The notes: generated by a model not told the origin, from the letters alone. A stretch of DNA of 64,000 nucleotides from Felis catus (GCF_018350175.1 NC_058368.1:217498001-217562000), one strand, 5' to 3'. Positions 14,010-27,406 are shown, numbered from the stretch's first letter. A program made the numbers and translations.

Positions 14010-14175
14010 TGGTTTATTATGAAGTTAGACTACCTGAGTTCAAATCTCTGTACTGACATTCATCAGTTGTATGATCTTGGGAAGGATGTTAACTTCTGTA
14101 CAATAATTTCTCAGCTAGAAAAAGGGGAGATAATAATAACTCATATCTAATATGGCTGATGTGATAACCTAATGT
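14010..14175 (+). mobile_element. MIR fragment
   Basis: agactacctgagttcaaatctctgtactg...tgtatgatcttgggaag...ttaacttct...tttctcag resembles the MIR core. Confidence 0.65.
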
Positions 14176-16519
14176 GTTTACATCAGCTCTTGAGAGACCA
14201 AGCACTAAAAGGACACTGCTTAGCTTACTTAATGAAATTTGTAGCTAAATTGTGTGCCTACTTATGTCCACATTACAGTATAGCTTGTTTTGTTTGATGC
14301 CAAATATGTAATACAAAATTGTTAGTGTCTTGTAAAGTAAGCAGTAGTTGATCTTTTAAAATGCTTTTTTAAAAAAATGTCTTAATAATGGTTTACATTT
14401 ATAAAACATTTTGAAAATAATCAGTTACTCATGTTTTCCTCTTAGTACAAGAATTCTTCTAGGTAGCTTTCTTATGTCAATCAAATAACAGCCATAAAAA
14501 TACAGATAGATAAATAGATTTAATGTCTCAGAAACTAGTGATATCAGTTATAAAACTTTTGCCCAAACAAAAGGGGAAGGGTATAATTTTCAGGGGGCTA
14601 CATAATGAACATATGAAGGATATAGATTACTTTCAATATAGTAGTATATTTTTAAACTCCACTTTCTTTAGAAATTATGAATAGGTTCTATTTGGGCTTG
14701 TGTCAAAGTAATTTTCCGTGGTAGGAATCTTTCTGCTAGTCATTTTTATTCATTTTATTTGTTTGGATTCACTTTTTCAGTGAAAAATTACACATTGGTT
14801 TCAGGATTTTCTCTGTTGAATGAACATAGTAGACCCAATCCCCAAGCTGCTGAAGTGAAAAGGTAACTTAATGTCATCAGAACTAGGAATGTGAAGCTGA
14901 AATTGGTGACATATAAACAGTGCTAGTAATCATTTTCCATATAGAAATATTATTCAAGGGTCTCTAAAGAGTTTCTTTAGAAAGTAATAAAATGGTTTTC
15001 CATTATATAAACTAGCCATTTGTTAAAAAGAAAATGTAGCTAGCTGGTCATTTAGAAAGTTGGAAAATTGAATTTACTCTATAGTTGAGTGAGGAGGGTA
15101 AACAGTAGCGTGTGGGGTTCGTAATAACCCTCTTGAGGTCACATTATTATCATTCTCATTCTGGTGCTCTTAGACAAAGTTGATACAAAGATTTGGGGAC
15201 TTTACATGGTGCTTCAAAAGACTCCAAGAAAAGAAATCTGTCATATCTAAACTAAGAAAGCTCTTTCAATGAACGCATTCTATATAAATACATTCTTGCT
15301 GAACTGTTAGCCTTTTAGAAGAGTCTTATAAAATTAGCTCTTAATCTTTGTATTCCAAGATATCAATACAAAAATCAAACAGATTTGAGGAGATCTGCAA
15401 TTCACTTTATTCCTTCTAGAATATTTACATCACACTTCATTGTGTCCACTTGAAAACACATAATTATTTGAGATCTCTAATGGATATTGTAATACTCAGA
15501 CAATAACCAAATAAGTACAAGAGAGTAGTATATACTTAGAAATGTGTTACATGGATTACAAAAACAATCTTAAAGCAAAGAAAAAAACTGTCCAATGATT
15601 GGATAGTTAAAGTAATTTCTGATAGAAAAGACTATGAATAGTGTAGTAAAGAACACAGATTTTTGAGCTACATAGATTTGGATTCATATCTTCAGTTTTG
15701 CCTATCAACCACCAGCAAACAGGTTTTTCCAAGTAATTTAGTCCTGCTATTTGTTTCTTGATCACTAAAATTAGAATAATGATATTGGAATGATATCAAG
15801 AAGTTATGAGATTTATATGAGATAATCATCTGGATTTAATGAGATTATAACTGACTAGTCCAGAGAAATCAGTTTCTAATTCACAATCATGAAGATTTAT
15901 CATAGAGGTATTTGCCTTTCATCTGCTTATTCTCATTTCCTGAAGTGGAGAAGATATTCTTACTTCCAGCATTGAGTTAGCTTTTAATGATAATCTAATA
16001 ATTACTGAATCATCATGAAATGGGGTGATACTAAAACTTTTGTCACTGGTAAGATATTAGGCATAATCAAATAAAAACAGATGCCAAGTATGAACTGCCA
16101 GTAAGTAAGGACTAATACAAACCAAGTGAGTATCAGCCTAACAGAAAGCTAAATACAAAGAAAAAAAATACATCATATTTACAAAATGGAGATAAACATG
16201 TTAGTAGTTAATATTGACAATGTGTCCTGTGACACCATGGTTTTTTTTGTTTTGTTTTTGTTAGGGGTTATACTTGGGTTTTTCTGCGAACCTAATATAC
16301 TTTGTGATAGGTGATCTTGCTCAAGATGATAGCAAACAGTTTGTCAAATGAATGCACAGAAAACCATAATTTATTTTCATTTTTTACAAGTATATTGGTG
16401 TTATGTTACTAATAATTCAACCAAATTTACAGAAATTTATTCTTTCCTATAGTGAAGTCATTGTTATATGGGATTTCATACAAATTCTACTACCTTTCTC
16501 CAATTAAAAAATTTTAATT

Positions 16520-18190
16520 ATTTAAAATCCATAATTTACATTAGGGTTCACTCTGGGCATTGTACACTTTATGAGTTTTGACAAATGTGTAATGACATGT
16601 ATCCTCTGTTGTAGTATCATACAGTCCTCTGTGCTCTATTTATCCCTCTCACCCCCAGAGCCCTTGGCAACCACTGCTCTTTTCACTGTCTCCATTGTTT
16701 TTGCTTCTTCCAAACTGTCATATAGTTGGAATCATACAGTACGTATCCTTATCAGATAAACATCTTTCACTTGGTAATAAGCATTTAAAATTCCGCCATG
16801 TCTTTTAATGTCTTGGTAACACATTTATTTTTAGCACTGAATAATATTCCACTGTCTGTACATACCAACGTTTATCCACTTTTCTATTAAAGGACATCAT
16901 GTTTGCTTCCAAGTTTTGGCAATTATAGATAAGGCTGCAATAAACATACACGTGCACATTTTTTTTATGGATATAGGTTTTCAACTCCTATGGGTAAAAA
17001 TACCAAGGAGCAGAATTGCTGGATCATATGGTAAGAATATGTTTAGTTTAGTAATAAACTGCCAACTGTCTACCAAAGTAGCCACACCACTTTGCATTTC
17101 CACCAACAATGAAGGAGAGTTTCTGTTGCTCCTCACCCTTGCCAGCATAGCCCATTTTTTTTTTTTTGGATTTTCATTATCCTAATAGGTGTGCACTTAT
17201 CTCATTGCTTTAATGCACAATTCCCTAATGACATATGATCTTGAGTGTCTTTTCATATGCTTATTTGTCTTCTTTCTATATAGCTCTTTGGTGAGGTGTC
17301 TGCTTGAGACTTCTGCACATTTTTAAATTTTTTTTGCTTAATGTTTATTTATATCTGAGAGAAACAGAGAGCAAGCACAAGTCAGGGAGTGGCAGAGAGA
17401 GACCAATAGAGAATCTGAAGCAGGCTCTAAGCTCTGAGCTGTCAGCACAGAGCCTGACGCGGGGCTTGAATTCACAAGCTGCAAGATCATGACCTGAGCC
17501 GAAGTCAACGCTTAACTGACTGAGCCACCCAGGAGCGCAGGAGACCCATTTTTGCTCATTTTTAAATTGCTCATTTTCTTATTTCTGAGTTTTAAGAGTT
17601 AGTTATATATTTTGGTTAACAGTCTTTAATCAAGTATGTTTTTTTCTGCGAATATTTTGTCCTGGTATGTGGCTTGTCTTCATTTTCTCTTAACATAATC
17701 TTTCACGTAGTAAAAGGTTTTTATTTATTATTTTAATAAAGTCCAGCTTATTATTTTTTTCTTTCATGGATTATACCTTTGGTGTAGTGTCTAAAAAGGT
17801 CATCACCATAACCAAGGTCACCTAGATTTTCTCTTATGGTATTTCCTAGGAGTTTGATAGTTTTCCATTTCATCTTTAGGTCTATGATCCACTTTGAGTT
17901 AATTTTTGTGAAGGGTAGTAAGGTCTGTGTCTAGATTTATGTTTTTGCTTGTGGATGACCTATTGTTCCAATACCTTTTGTTGAAAAGACCATCTTTTCT
18001 CCATTGTATTGTATTTTCTCCTTTGTCAAAGATAAGTTGAATGTATTTATGTGAATCTATTTCTGATCTCTATTCTGCTCCATTGATCTACTTGTCTATT
18101 TTTTTGCCAATACCACACTGTCTGGAATACTGTAGTTTTATGTAAGTCTTGAATTTGAGCAGTTTCAGGTCTTTGATTTTGTTCCTCTTC
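16520..18190 (-). mobile_element. LINE-1, L1MC-like 3' portion (old), interrupted by a SINE
   Basis: tttacattagggttcactc...ttttgacaaatgtgtaatgacatgtatc 3'UTR motif; ORF 18047-18253 retains the ORF2 remnant TVWYWQKNRQVDQWSRIE. Confidence 0.85.
17331..17547 (-). mobile_element. Can-SINE inside the L1MC-like element
   Basis: Antisense SINE body; degenerate TSD ...catttttaaatt on both sides. Confidence 0.92.
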
Positions 18191-18319
18191 TTTGTGTTGG
18201 AAAAATAATTTAATAAAATCTAGACTGAGGATTATCTTGCAAGTATATCTCATATTCTAAAGAAATAATTGAGAAAATATTTTATAAAAGAGGCACTGTA
18301 TGTTATACACTTGCACACA

Positions 18320-18470
18320 ACATCGTCTCAACTATTCAACTCTGCTGTTTCAAGTAAAACAGTCTTAAACAAAATATAAATGAATTAGAGTGGCTATGTT
18401 ACAATACATCTCGATTTGCAAAAACAGATGCTGGGTCACAGGTGCTAAACCTGTTTTGTCTACTACCTTA
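18320..18470 (+). mobile_element. MER58A-like hAT-Charlie fragment
   Basis: caactattcaactctgctgtt...gtggctatgttacaata...aaaaacagatg resembles the recalled MER58A consensus. Confidence 0.55.
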
Positions 18471-18569
18471 TAACTGGTATCAAACAAAGTCTCAGCAAAT
18501 ATCATGGATTTAATAAGTGTATGGTGAAGAGACAAAGAATATTTTTCCATTGGAAATATCTATTAATAT

Positions 18570-19811
18570 TTTATTTTTAAGGTATTTATTTAAATTCCAG
18601 TTAGTTAACATACAGTATAATATTAGTTTTAGGTGTACAATATAGTGATTCAACACCACCCCGTGCTCCTCACAAGTGCACTTCTTTTTTTTTTTTTTTT
18701 TTTTTTTTTCAACGTTTATTTATTTATTTTGGGACAGAGAGAGACAGAGCATGAACGGGGGAGGGGCAGAGAGAGAGGGAGACACAGAATCGGAAACAGG
18801 CTCCAGGCTCTGAGCCATCAGCCCAGAGCCTGACGCGGGGCTCGAACTCACGGACCGCGAGATCGTGACCTGGCTGAAGTCGGATGCTTAACCGACTGCG
18901 CCACCCAGGCACCCCACAAGTGCACTTCTTAATCCCATCATCTACCCATTCCCCCACCCACCTCTCCTCTGGTGACCATCAGTTTGTTCTCTATAGTTAA
19001 GTGTCTGTTTCTTGGTTTGCTTCCTTCTCTCTCTCTCTCTCTTTTTTTTTTTTTTTTTGCTCCTCTGTTTTCTTTCTTAAATTCCACATATGAGTGAAAT
19101 CATATGGTATCTGTCTTTCTCTGACTGACTTATTTCACTCAGCATAATGCTCTCTAGCTCCATTCATGGTCCTTGCAAATAGCAAGATTTCATTCTTTTT
19201 TTATGGCTAAGTAATATTCCGGTGTGTGTGTCTGTGTGTGTGTGTAAGTGTGTGTATGATATACATATATGACATATATGAATATATATCATATATATAT
19301 ATATGATATCTGATATCATATATATGATATATTACATATGCATAAGTGGTATACCACATCTTCTTTATCCATTCATCAGTTGATGGACATTTGGGCTCTT
19401 TTCATAATTTGGCTATATGCTGCTATAAACATTGAGGTGCTGTAAACATTGAGGTGCATGTATCCCTTTGAATCAGTATTTTTTTATCCTTTAAGTAAAT
19501 ACCTAGTTGTGCAAGTGCTGTATCATAGGGTAGTTCTATTTTCAACTTTTTAAGGAATGACCATACTGTTTTCCACAGGGGCTGAATTTGTGTACCAGTT
19601 CAAGCAATCTTTTGGTGGAGTCTTTCAGGTTTTCTATATAGAGTATCAAGCCATCTGCAAATAGAAGTTTGACATCTTTCTTGCCGATTTGGATGCCTTT
19701 TATTTCTTTTTGTTGTCTGATTGCTGAGGCTATTTACTTTGTAAATAACAGTGGTGAGAGTGGACATCTCTGTCTTGTTCCTGACCATAGAGAAAAAACT
19801 CTCAGTTTTTT
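18570..19811 (-). mobile_element. Carnivore LINE-1 3' fragment with internal deletion and nested young SINE
   Basis: L1_Carn-type 3'UTR (aaattccagttagttaacatacagt...) and ORF2 C-terminus, then an abrupt jump at about 19584 into RT-region sequence. Confidence 0.9.
18687..18914 (-). mobile_element. Young SINEC_Fc (CpG-intact)
   Basis: Pure poly-T tail; 16-bp TSD CACAAGTGCACTTCTT at 18671-18686 and 18915-18930. Confidence 0.97.
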
Positions 19812-22800
19812 ACCTATAATTCAGAAGTGTATATCCTATTTTCAGCAAAGCTTAAACTCCATTAAAGGGATTCTGGTTATAAGAAGCTAATAGTTCATGT
19901 ATATTCCTCACTGAGAGGAGTATTATTGCTTATTACTCTATGCATAATGTATACAATATAGTCATCCACATCTGATAATAGTTTGTACAAGTCAATAAGG
20001 AGTCTACAACATAAGAAGAAAAAATAAATAATATTCCCATTAGGTAAACTTAATGTCTGCGTTTTTAATACCGAAGGATCTGTGTATTGTAATGGAAAAA
20101 ATATATTTAGCTAAAATACATATTTGTAATGCAAAAACTATATTAGCTAAAATACATATTGTAGATGCAAATTTCTCATGACTCTGAAGTAGATACTCTC
20201 ATTCAAACACAAGATATAATAACATTTTTTTAGTAAAGTTCACTGTAGAAGTGAGACATTATTTCTGAAAACTCAGTTTATTTCATGTTTTAATTTAGCA
20301 TTTCAAAATGTCTGTAAAAAGTTATTTAGAAGCATATTTATTTCTGTAAATTACAGTCTATTTTAGTAGTCAATTGTAGTATTAATATTCATATTAATTC
20401 TAGCCTGCTAATATTCCTTATTCTAATCAGAATATGCAAACCTTTGTTATTATTCACTGTTGCCATCCATTAACAAATCACATGGGAAAAATATTCTTTA
20501 ATACATTTTGCACTGAGAGTGCAATCTGAAATAAGGATTTTTTTCTTGTGGGATCCAAGAGGCATATTGGTATAGGTAATCTGTAATAAGAAATGATGTA
20601 AAATTGGAGAATCTGCTTAGCCATTTGTTGGGGTTATTACTTAGGATGATGAGATTATACACAATGCTTGGCTAACTGAAGTGTAACTCAGAGATTTCAG
20701 GTGGGCTGCAGTTAAGCCTGGGAGGGCCTTAGGTCTCTTGGGATGCCTGTCTAACCAGCCTGATTGGAATGCTTGGGGGCCGGCCCTCTCAGGTGTTTCT
20801 GCAGTCCTTGGAGAACTCCGTTCTGTACCTTGTATACAAAGTTTAGCAAAACAATAGGACACAGAGACCCTTGCCATATATCTCTGATTTGATGAGTTTC
20901 TTTTGATTGTTCCCCTTGAAGTCAACCACCCTTTGTTTTTATACCTGAAATGTTGTCCGCCCTCTGTACACAAGCCATCTGAGATTTGTGACTGGCCTGA
21001 CACTGAAGGAAAAGAGAATAGGAGTGAGGTGAATGGGGTCTTCGTCTTTGAACGTTGACCTCCAAGCCTTCTCCTCTCCTTCTTGGCAAAGTGTAGAGTA
21101 ATCTTTCATGCCTCAGGGCAGGGTTTGTTGGTCATTCCTGGCAGACATTGAATATCCAAGCAAGTATCTTAGTGGGTTTCATTAGTGTCAAAAGGGATCC
21201 ACTATTTTAACTAAATTCTTCAAGCACAGTGAACTAATTGGTCTAATAACAGCCAGTATGTTTATTGAATTTGTTTCCATAGTAGCATATTTAGACCTAT
21301 AATGAATAAAGGCTTTATTAAAAACTTATATTACTAATGAACAAAGGCAAGAAATGATAAAAGTAAAAACAAAGATTTAATATAGTCTATTAAACTATAA
21401 TGTCCCTATGTTTAAACAAAAAGTTTCTCATGATGCACAATCACCAGTTACGATATTCACTGCAGTGGCCCCGCTGTCCAGCTCTCTAATACTGACCTTA
21501 CATTTGAGTCCTAATTTCATCTCTTGAGCAATTTATAGGGCATTTCCATTTGCAGGTGCTGCCCTTGCCTCAAAGTGCATGGTTTAATACTGACATCATA
21601 TTTTTCTTTACGTCTCAACATTCCTATCTCTTAATAAATAGGTCTAGAAAGGTTAAGTTTTCCTTCAGGGCAAGTCCAAACAACAATTATCAATGCTTCA
21701 AAAACTTAACCTTTCCTGTGGTCTGCACTGAAATATTGTCTGCGGGTCTAGACTCTAGCTCTTTGTAAAGAAGGCATCCAGTGAAAAGTAATAAGACTTT
21801 AACTATAATCCTTAAATTATCACTTGATTGATGTAAGAACTGAGGCTTAGAGAGCTTTGCCAGCTTGCTCAAAATTGCATTGCTGATGAGACTGCAAGAG
21901 GCTTTAAGAGAAAAGAAGCAGATATTTGGGGAGAAAAGGTAGAAGGGACTGTCTGTGAAAGAGACATGGGTACACAATTGAGAGAGTAAGGAAATGTGCC
22001 AATTGAACAATATTATCAAATACTGATGTGATTAAATATTAATACTATTAATGATGAAGAATATAGGGTAATTTTCTTGCCATTTATTTTTTGTTTCAAA
22101 ATTGACCAGTTTGAATTCACCTGATTTTCTTTGATTTAGGTAATGTAATTACTTATCTATTACATAAGAATTTGTATAATTTTTAGGATTTTGAGTGTTC
22201 TCCCTAATGTTCTCCCTAAATTGGTTTCTCATCCAGAATACAAAGAACCTCCTAAGCATGTTAAGTCTTTCTTGGTGAAAAATAAATGCCAGTTGCAGAA
22301 GGTTCTTACTATTGTAGGGGAAATCTCAACCTACCCTGGTCCACTGGAAACATAAAAATGTTACTGAACTAATAGGCTTCTGATTTTGTAGGTTATGTTT
22401 CTCACTCTTTTTCATAAGTGCTTCCAAACAAGGCACATAAAGTATTCACTAATCCTTGGTTACCAGTGCTAATCAGCATTCTAATCTAATCTTCACTTCA
22501 CATTTAACCAAGTTTCTACTGCTAGCCTGAATGCTTTCTCTGAGAACAATTTGCTACATATTCAACAGACTGAAAACCCTTCTGGAATTGGCATCATTCC
22601 TTAGGAGCAGAGCTTAACCAAAGACTGAAGGAAGACAGAATATGCATACTTCAGCTCACTTGCCTTTTCGACATACGTGTTGTATTCTGTTTCCTGGAAT
22701 TCGCATGTGTCATTAGGCTTCAAGTAAAACTAGTGGTAACTTGATGGATAACAACACATTTTCAATATAATATGATGAAAAGTAAATACCTATGGATTTC

Positions 22801-23056
22801 TTGGTTTTATAAATCAAAACCTGAGAAAAAAGATTTTCTTTTTAACTGAATTGGCTTAATATCTTGATAACACATATCATAGGAAAATTCATTAGTTTAC
22901 TAATTATAATAGCAAACCAAGGAGATAAATAAATAAATCAAAAGTTTTTTTTTTAACTAAATGGCATCTACTTTTTTTCTGTTAAAATACTATGGGTAAT
23001 TATAATGCCTAGTCATATTTATTTCCTCCTATTAATGCTAATAAAAGCAGCCTTTT

Positions 23057-24569
23057 TTTAAAAAATATGAAATTTATTGCCAAATTGGTTTCCATACAAC
23101 ACCCAGTGCTCATCCCAACGGGTGCCCTCCTCAAAGCCCACCACCCACTTTCCTCTCCCTCCCACCCCCCATCAACCCTCAGTTTATTCTCAGTTTTTAA
23201 GAGTCTCTTATGGTTTGTCTCCCTCCCTCTCTAACTTTTTTTTTCTTCCCCTCCCCCATGGTCTTCTGTTAAGTTTCTCAGGATCCACATAAGAGTGAAA
23301 ACATATGGTATCTGTCTTTCTCTGTAGGACTTATTTCACTTAGCATCACACTCTCCAGTTCCATCCACATTGCTACAAAAGTCCATATTTCATTCTTTCT
23401 TATTGCCACGTAGTATTCCATTGTGTATATAAACCACAATTTCTTTATCCATTCATCAGTTGATGGACATTTAGGCTCTTCCCATAATTTGGCTATTGTT
23501 GAAAGTGCTGCTATAAACATTGGGGTACAAGTGCCCCTATGCATCAGTACTCCTGTATCCCTTGGGTAAATTCGTAGCAGTGCTATTGCTGGGCCATAGG
23601 GTAGATCTATTTTTAATTTTTTGAGGAACCTCCACACTGTTTTCCAGAGTGGCTGCACCAGTTTGCATTCCCACCAACAGTGTGGGAGGGTTCCCGTTTC
23701 TCCACATCCTCACAAGTGTCCTGATTCTATAGTGATCTATAGTGTCCTGATTTGTTCATTTTAGCCACTCTGACTGGCGTGAGGCGATTATCTCAGTGTG
23801 GTTTTGATTTGTATTTCCCTGATAAGGAGCGACGTTGAGCATCTTTTCATGTGCCTGTTGGCCATCCGGATGTCTTCTTTAGAGAAGTGTCTATTCATGT
23901 TTTCTGCCCATTTCTTCACTGGGTTGTTTGTTTTTCGGGTGTGGAGTTTGGTGAGCTATTTATAGATTTTGGACACTAGCCATTTGTCCAATATGTCATT
24001 TGCAAATATCTTTTCCCATTCCATTGGTTGCCTTTTTTGTTGATTGTTTCCTTTGCTGTGCAGAAGCTTTTTATCTTCATGAGGTCCCAATAGTTCATTT
24101 TTGCTTTTAATTCCCTTTCCTTTAGGGATGTCAAGTAAGAAACTGCTACGTCTGAGGTCAGAGAGGTTTTTCCCTGCTTCCTCCTCTAGGGTTTTGATGG
24201 TTTCCTGTCTCACATTCAGGTCCTTTATCCATTTTGAGTTTGTTTTTGTGAATGGTGTGAGAAAGTGGTCTAGTTTCATTCTTCTGCATGCTACTGTCCA
24301 GTTCTCCCAGCGCCATTTGTTAAAGAGACTGTCTTTTTTCCATTGGATGTTCTTTCCTGCTTTGTCAAAGATTAGTTGGCCATACTTTTGTGGGTCTAGT
24401 TCTGGGGTTTCTATTCTATTCCATTGGTCTATGTGTCTGTTTTTGTGCCAATGCCATACTGTCTTGATGATTACAGCTTTGTAGTAGAGGCTAAAGTCTG
24501 GGATTGTGATGCCACCTGCTTTGGTCTTCTTCTTCAAAATTACTTTGGCTATCTGGGGTCTTTTGTGAG
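23057..24569 (-). mobile_element. 5'-truncated felid LINE-1 (L1_Fc-like), ORF2 C-terminal region frameshifted
   Basis: ORFs 23956-24537 ([24 protein letters not shown]...) and 23278-23658 ([14 protein letters not shown]...PKCPSTDEWIKK) are L1 ORF2 pieces; TSD AAGCAGCCTTTT at 23045-23056 and 24570-24581. Confidence 0.96.
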
Positions 24570-24655
24570 AAGCAGCCTTTTGAATCTAGTAACTACATCC
24601 TAAAATTATGGCAAGTGAGAAGTATCAAATTTTAAGACCTATCCTTCTAGCCTTT

Positions 24656-24864
24656 ACATTATTTTAAAAATGTTCACTTTTGAGAGAGAGAGAGAGCTCC
24701 TGTGCACGAGTGGGGGGGGGGGCAGAAGGAGAGGGGGACATAGGATCCAAAGTAGGCTCTGTACTGACAGCAGAGAGCCTGATGCAGGACTTGAACTCAC
24801 GAACTCTGAAATCATGACCTGAGTCAAAGTCAGATGTTTAACTGACTGAGCCACCCATGCAGCC
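24656..24864 (-). mobile_element. Can-SINE
   Basis: TSD CTAGCCTTT at 24647-24655 and 24865-24873. Confidence 0.92.
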
Positions 24865-24954
24865 CTAGCCTTTCTACTTTAAATTGCTTATAAAGATATG
24901 CATGGAGTTTGGATCCTACTTTTAGGAAGCAGATCACAATTGATCATAGATTTG

Positions 24955-24996
24955 CACACACACACACACACACACACACACTCAAACACACACACA
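24955..24996 (+). repeat. Interrupted (CA)n microsatellite
   Basis: Direct observation. Confidence 0.92.
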
Positions 24997-25604
24997 TATG
25001 ATAACTTCTAGTACCAGCAATAGTGTTGGAAAGCAATTCAGTCATGGACAGTGTGAATATAAATTGTGACAAACTTTGGGGAAAATATGTGGCAGCACAA
25101 ATTAATATCAAACATGTATATTACCTTTGACACATCAAACCAAATTTTAGGATTCTAATAGAAATGATAACACCATGCATATACCTTGTAAAACTATAGT
25201 GAGAGAACATGAGAAAAAAAATTAAATGTCCATCAGTGGGGAATGGTTGACCTTTTCTATATCCACCCAGTGAAATTGAAATATCATGTATCCATGTCAA
25301 GCCATCATAATTAAGTATGAAATCTTGTTGCAAGATTAAATATATAAGAGGGGGAAGAGAAGAAAAGAGAGGAGACAGCTGAAAAAAATATCAAAGAAAA
25401 AAAAAAGATAGCTACCAAAGCTACCAAAGGGGCTGAGAGACTGACAAGAGACTCTCTTAAAAAAATTAATACCATAATCATACTTAAAGCAAAATCTAAA
25501 AAAAAAAAAACAACAACAACCAAAAAACAGGATTGTAAATAAAATACACACATGAATTTCTTAATGCAAGTATTAAGAACCTTCATTTAAATATAGAATT
25601 TGAT

Positions 25605-25791
25605 TGGGACACCTGGGTGGCTCAGTAGGTTAAGTATCAGACTGTTGATGTCAGCTCAAGTCATGATCTCACTGTTCTTGAGTTCGAGCACCATTCAGGA
25701 CTCTGTTCTGATGGCATGGAGCCTGCTTCAGATTCGCTCTCTCATCTTTCTCTGCCTCTCCCACTCTCCCTCACTTTCAGAATAAACTAAA
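25605..25791 (+). mobile_element. Can-SINE
   Basis: Head GGGACACCTGGGTGGCTCAG; TSD TAAATATA(G/T)AATTTGAT at 25588-25604 and 25792-25808. Confidence 0.93.
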
Positions 25792-26923
25792 TAAATATAT
25801 AATTTGATGAAGAGAAGCAAAGAAACTTCTTCCTTCCCCCCTTAACACACAATTATGTACATGGTCAACATTTAGCATGTTCAGCCTCTGAAAGTTCATC
25901 AACCATGTTTTTGGGGGGCCTTTTTATTGTCCACAGGGATTTATTATTCACCTTAATAAATTAACAAAGAATTTTAGTGATGTTTTCCTCCTGAATATCT
26001 TAGATAGACAACAATGACTTGTGCTCAAAAAAAAGTCTTTATGAACTCAAAACATTGTGAAACCTTTTTTACAAAATATGTCTTAGCCATGAAATACAAA
26101 ATCAAAACTTTCCTTTAACACTTAAATTGTTACCAGATCATTCAATACCATTGTTTAGGAAGATCATGGGGAAATTAGTGATTTCAAGAAACACAGAAGT
26201 TTATATGCAAAAGTAACCTCACATTTAAATTTCACTTTGAAAATTTACTTGATCAAAAAACATTTCTTAGATTCTTTTATTCATTTCTAATTTACAGCAT
26301 TATAAAGTCAAATTTTGACTGTTGAAAACAGTTGCCACAGATGAAAATGTTTTCCAACTGAATTTTCATAGTCATTACAAAGTTAGGTTTATAATGCAAT
26401 TGCTGACAGGCTTTTAGCATCTTGATGTTCAATATTCATTTCTGCTACAAGAAAACTCAAAACTAAAAACTTTTTTTTGGTAGCTGACACTGTTCAATGC
26501 TTGACTGGAAGACTATTTTAGGACAATCAAAAGGAGTAATAGCATACAAAAATTGATCTGATTTAATAGACACAATTTTGGAAAGGAATAATTTAACATA
26601 ATGTGGAAGAAAAATCTTGTCTGTTTACTTAAAGACCAGAAAGCCCACAGATAAGCAGATGTTCAGTACTTCCCTTTGGTATTTTGATATTTAAGGGACT
26701 AAGCAGAGTTAATACAACCTCATCTTTTCAATTCTACTAACTTTCATTGGATTTTCACCCTTTCCCTGTACCTTTTTATTTTTATGTTTTCTATTTTTTG
26801 TAGTTTCAAGTTTTATTTAAATTCCAGTCAGCTAAAATACAGTGTAACATTAGTTTCAGGAGTAGAATTGAGTGATTCATCACTTGCATATCGTACTCGG
26901 TGTTAATCACAAGTGCCCTCCTT

Positions 26924-27102
26924 TTATAAAAAAAAAATTTTATTAAGTGTACTTATATTTGAGATATGGGGGCAGAGAGAGAAGGGTACAGAGGATCCAA
27001 AGTGGGCTCTGTGCTAAGAGCAGACAGTCTGTGTGGGGCTCAAACTCACGAACTGGGAGATCATGACCTGAGTTGAAGTTGGACACTTAACCAATTGAGC
27101 CC
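26924..27102 (-). mobile_element. Older Can-SINE lacking the first bases of its head, nested in an L1 3'UTR
   Basis: 16-bp TSD CACAAGTGCCCTCCTT at 26908-26923 and 27103-27118. Confidence 0.93.
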
Positions 27103-27406
27103 CACAAGTGCCCTCCTTAATACCCATTACCCATTTAATCCATTTCTCCACCCACCTCCCCTTCAGCATCTCTCAGTTTGTTCTCTATAGTTAAGAGTCT
27201 GTATCTTGGTGTGCCTCCTTCTCTTTTTTTTTTTTCTTTACTTTTCTGTTTTGTTTCTCAAATTCCTCATATGAGTGAAATCATATGGTATTTGTCTTTC
27301 TCTGACTTATTTCACTTATCCTAATACTCTCTAGTCTCTAGCTCCATCCGTATTGTTGTGAATGGCAGGATTTCATTCTTCTTCATGGCTGAGTAATATT
27401 CCACCA

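Noticed and set aside
20104..20171. Short imperfect tandem duplication of about 30 bp (similar ones at 19421-19457 and 37681-37720)
   Set aside because: Ordinary slippage duplications with no sign of function.
20641..21003. 120-aa ORF in a GC-richer block
   Set aside because: Non-ATG start, no recognisable domain and no exon context; the block looks like decayed LTR/MaLR-type sequence.
23278..24537. 193-aa and 126-aa ORFs as a gene
   Set aside because: They are frameshifted L1 ORF2 C-terminal fragments in a 5'-truncated copy.
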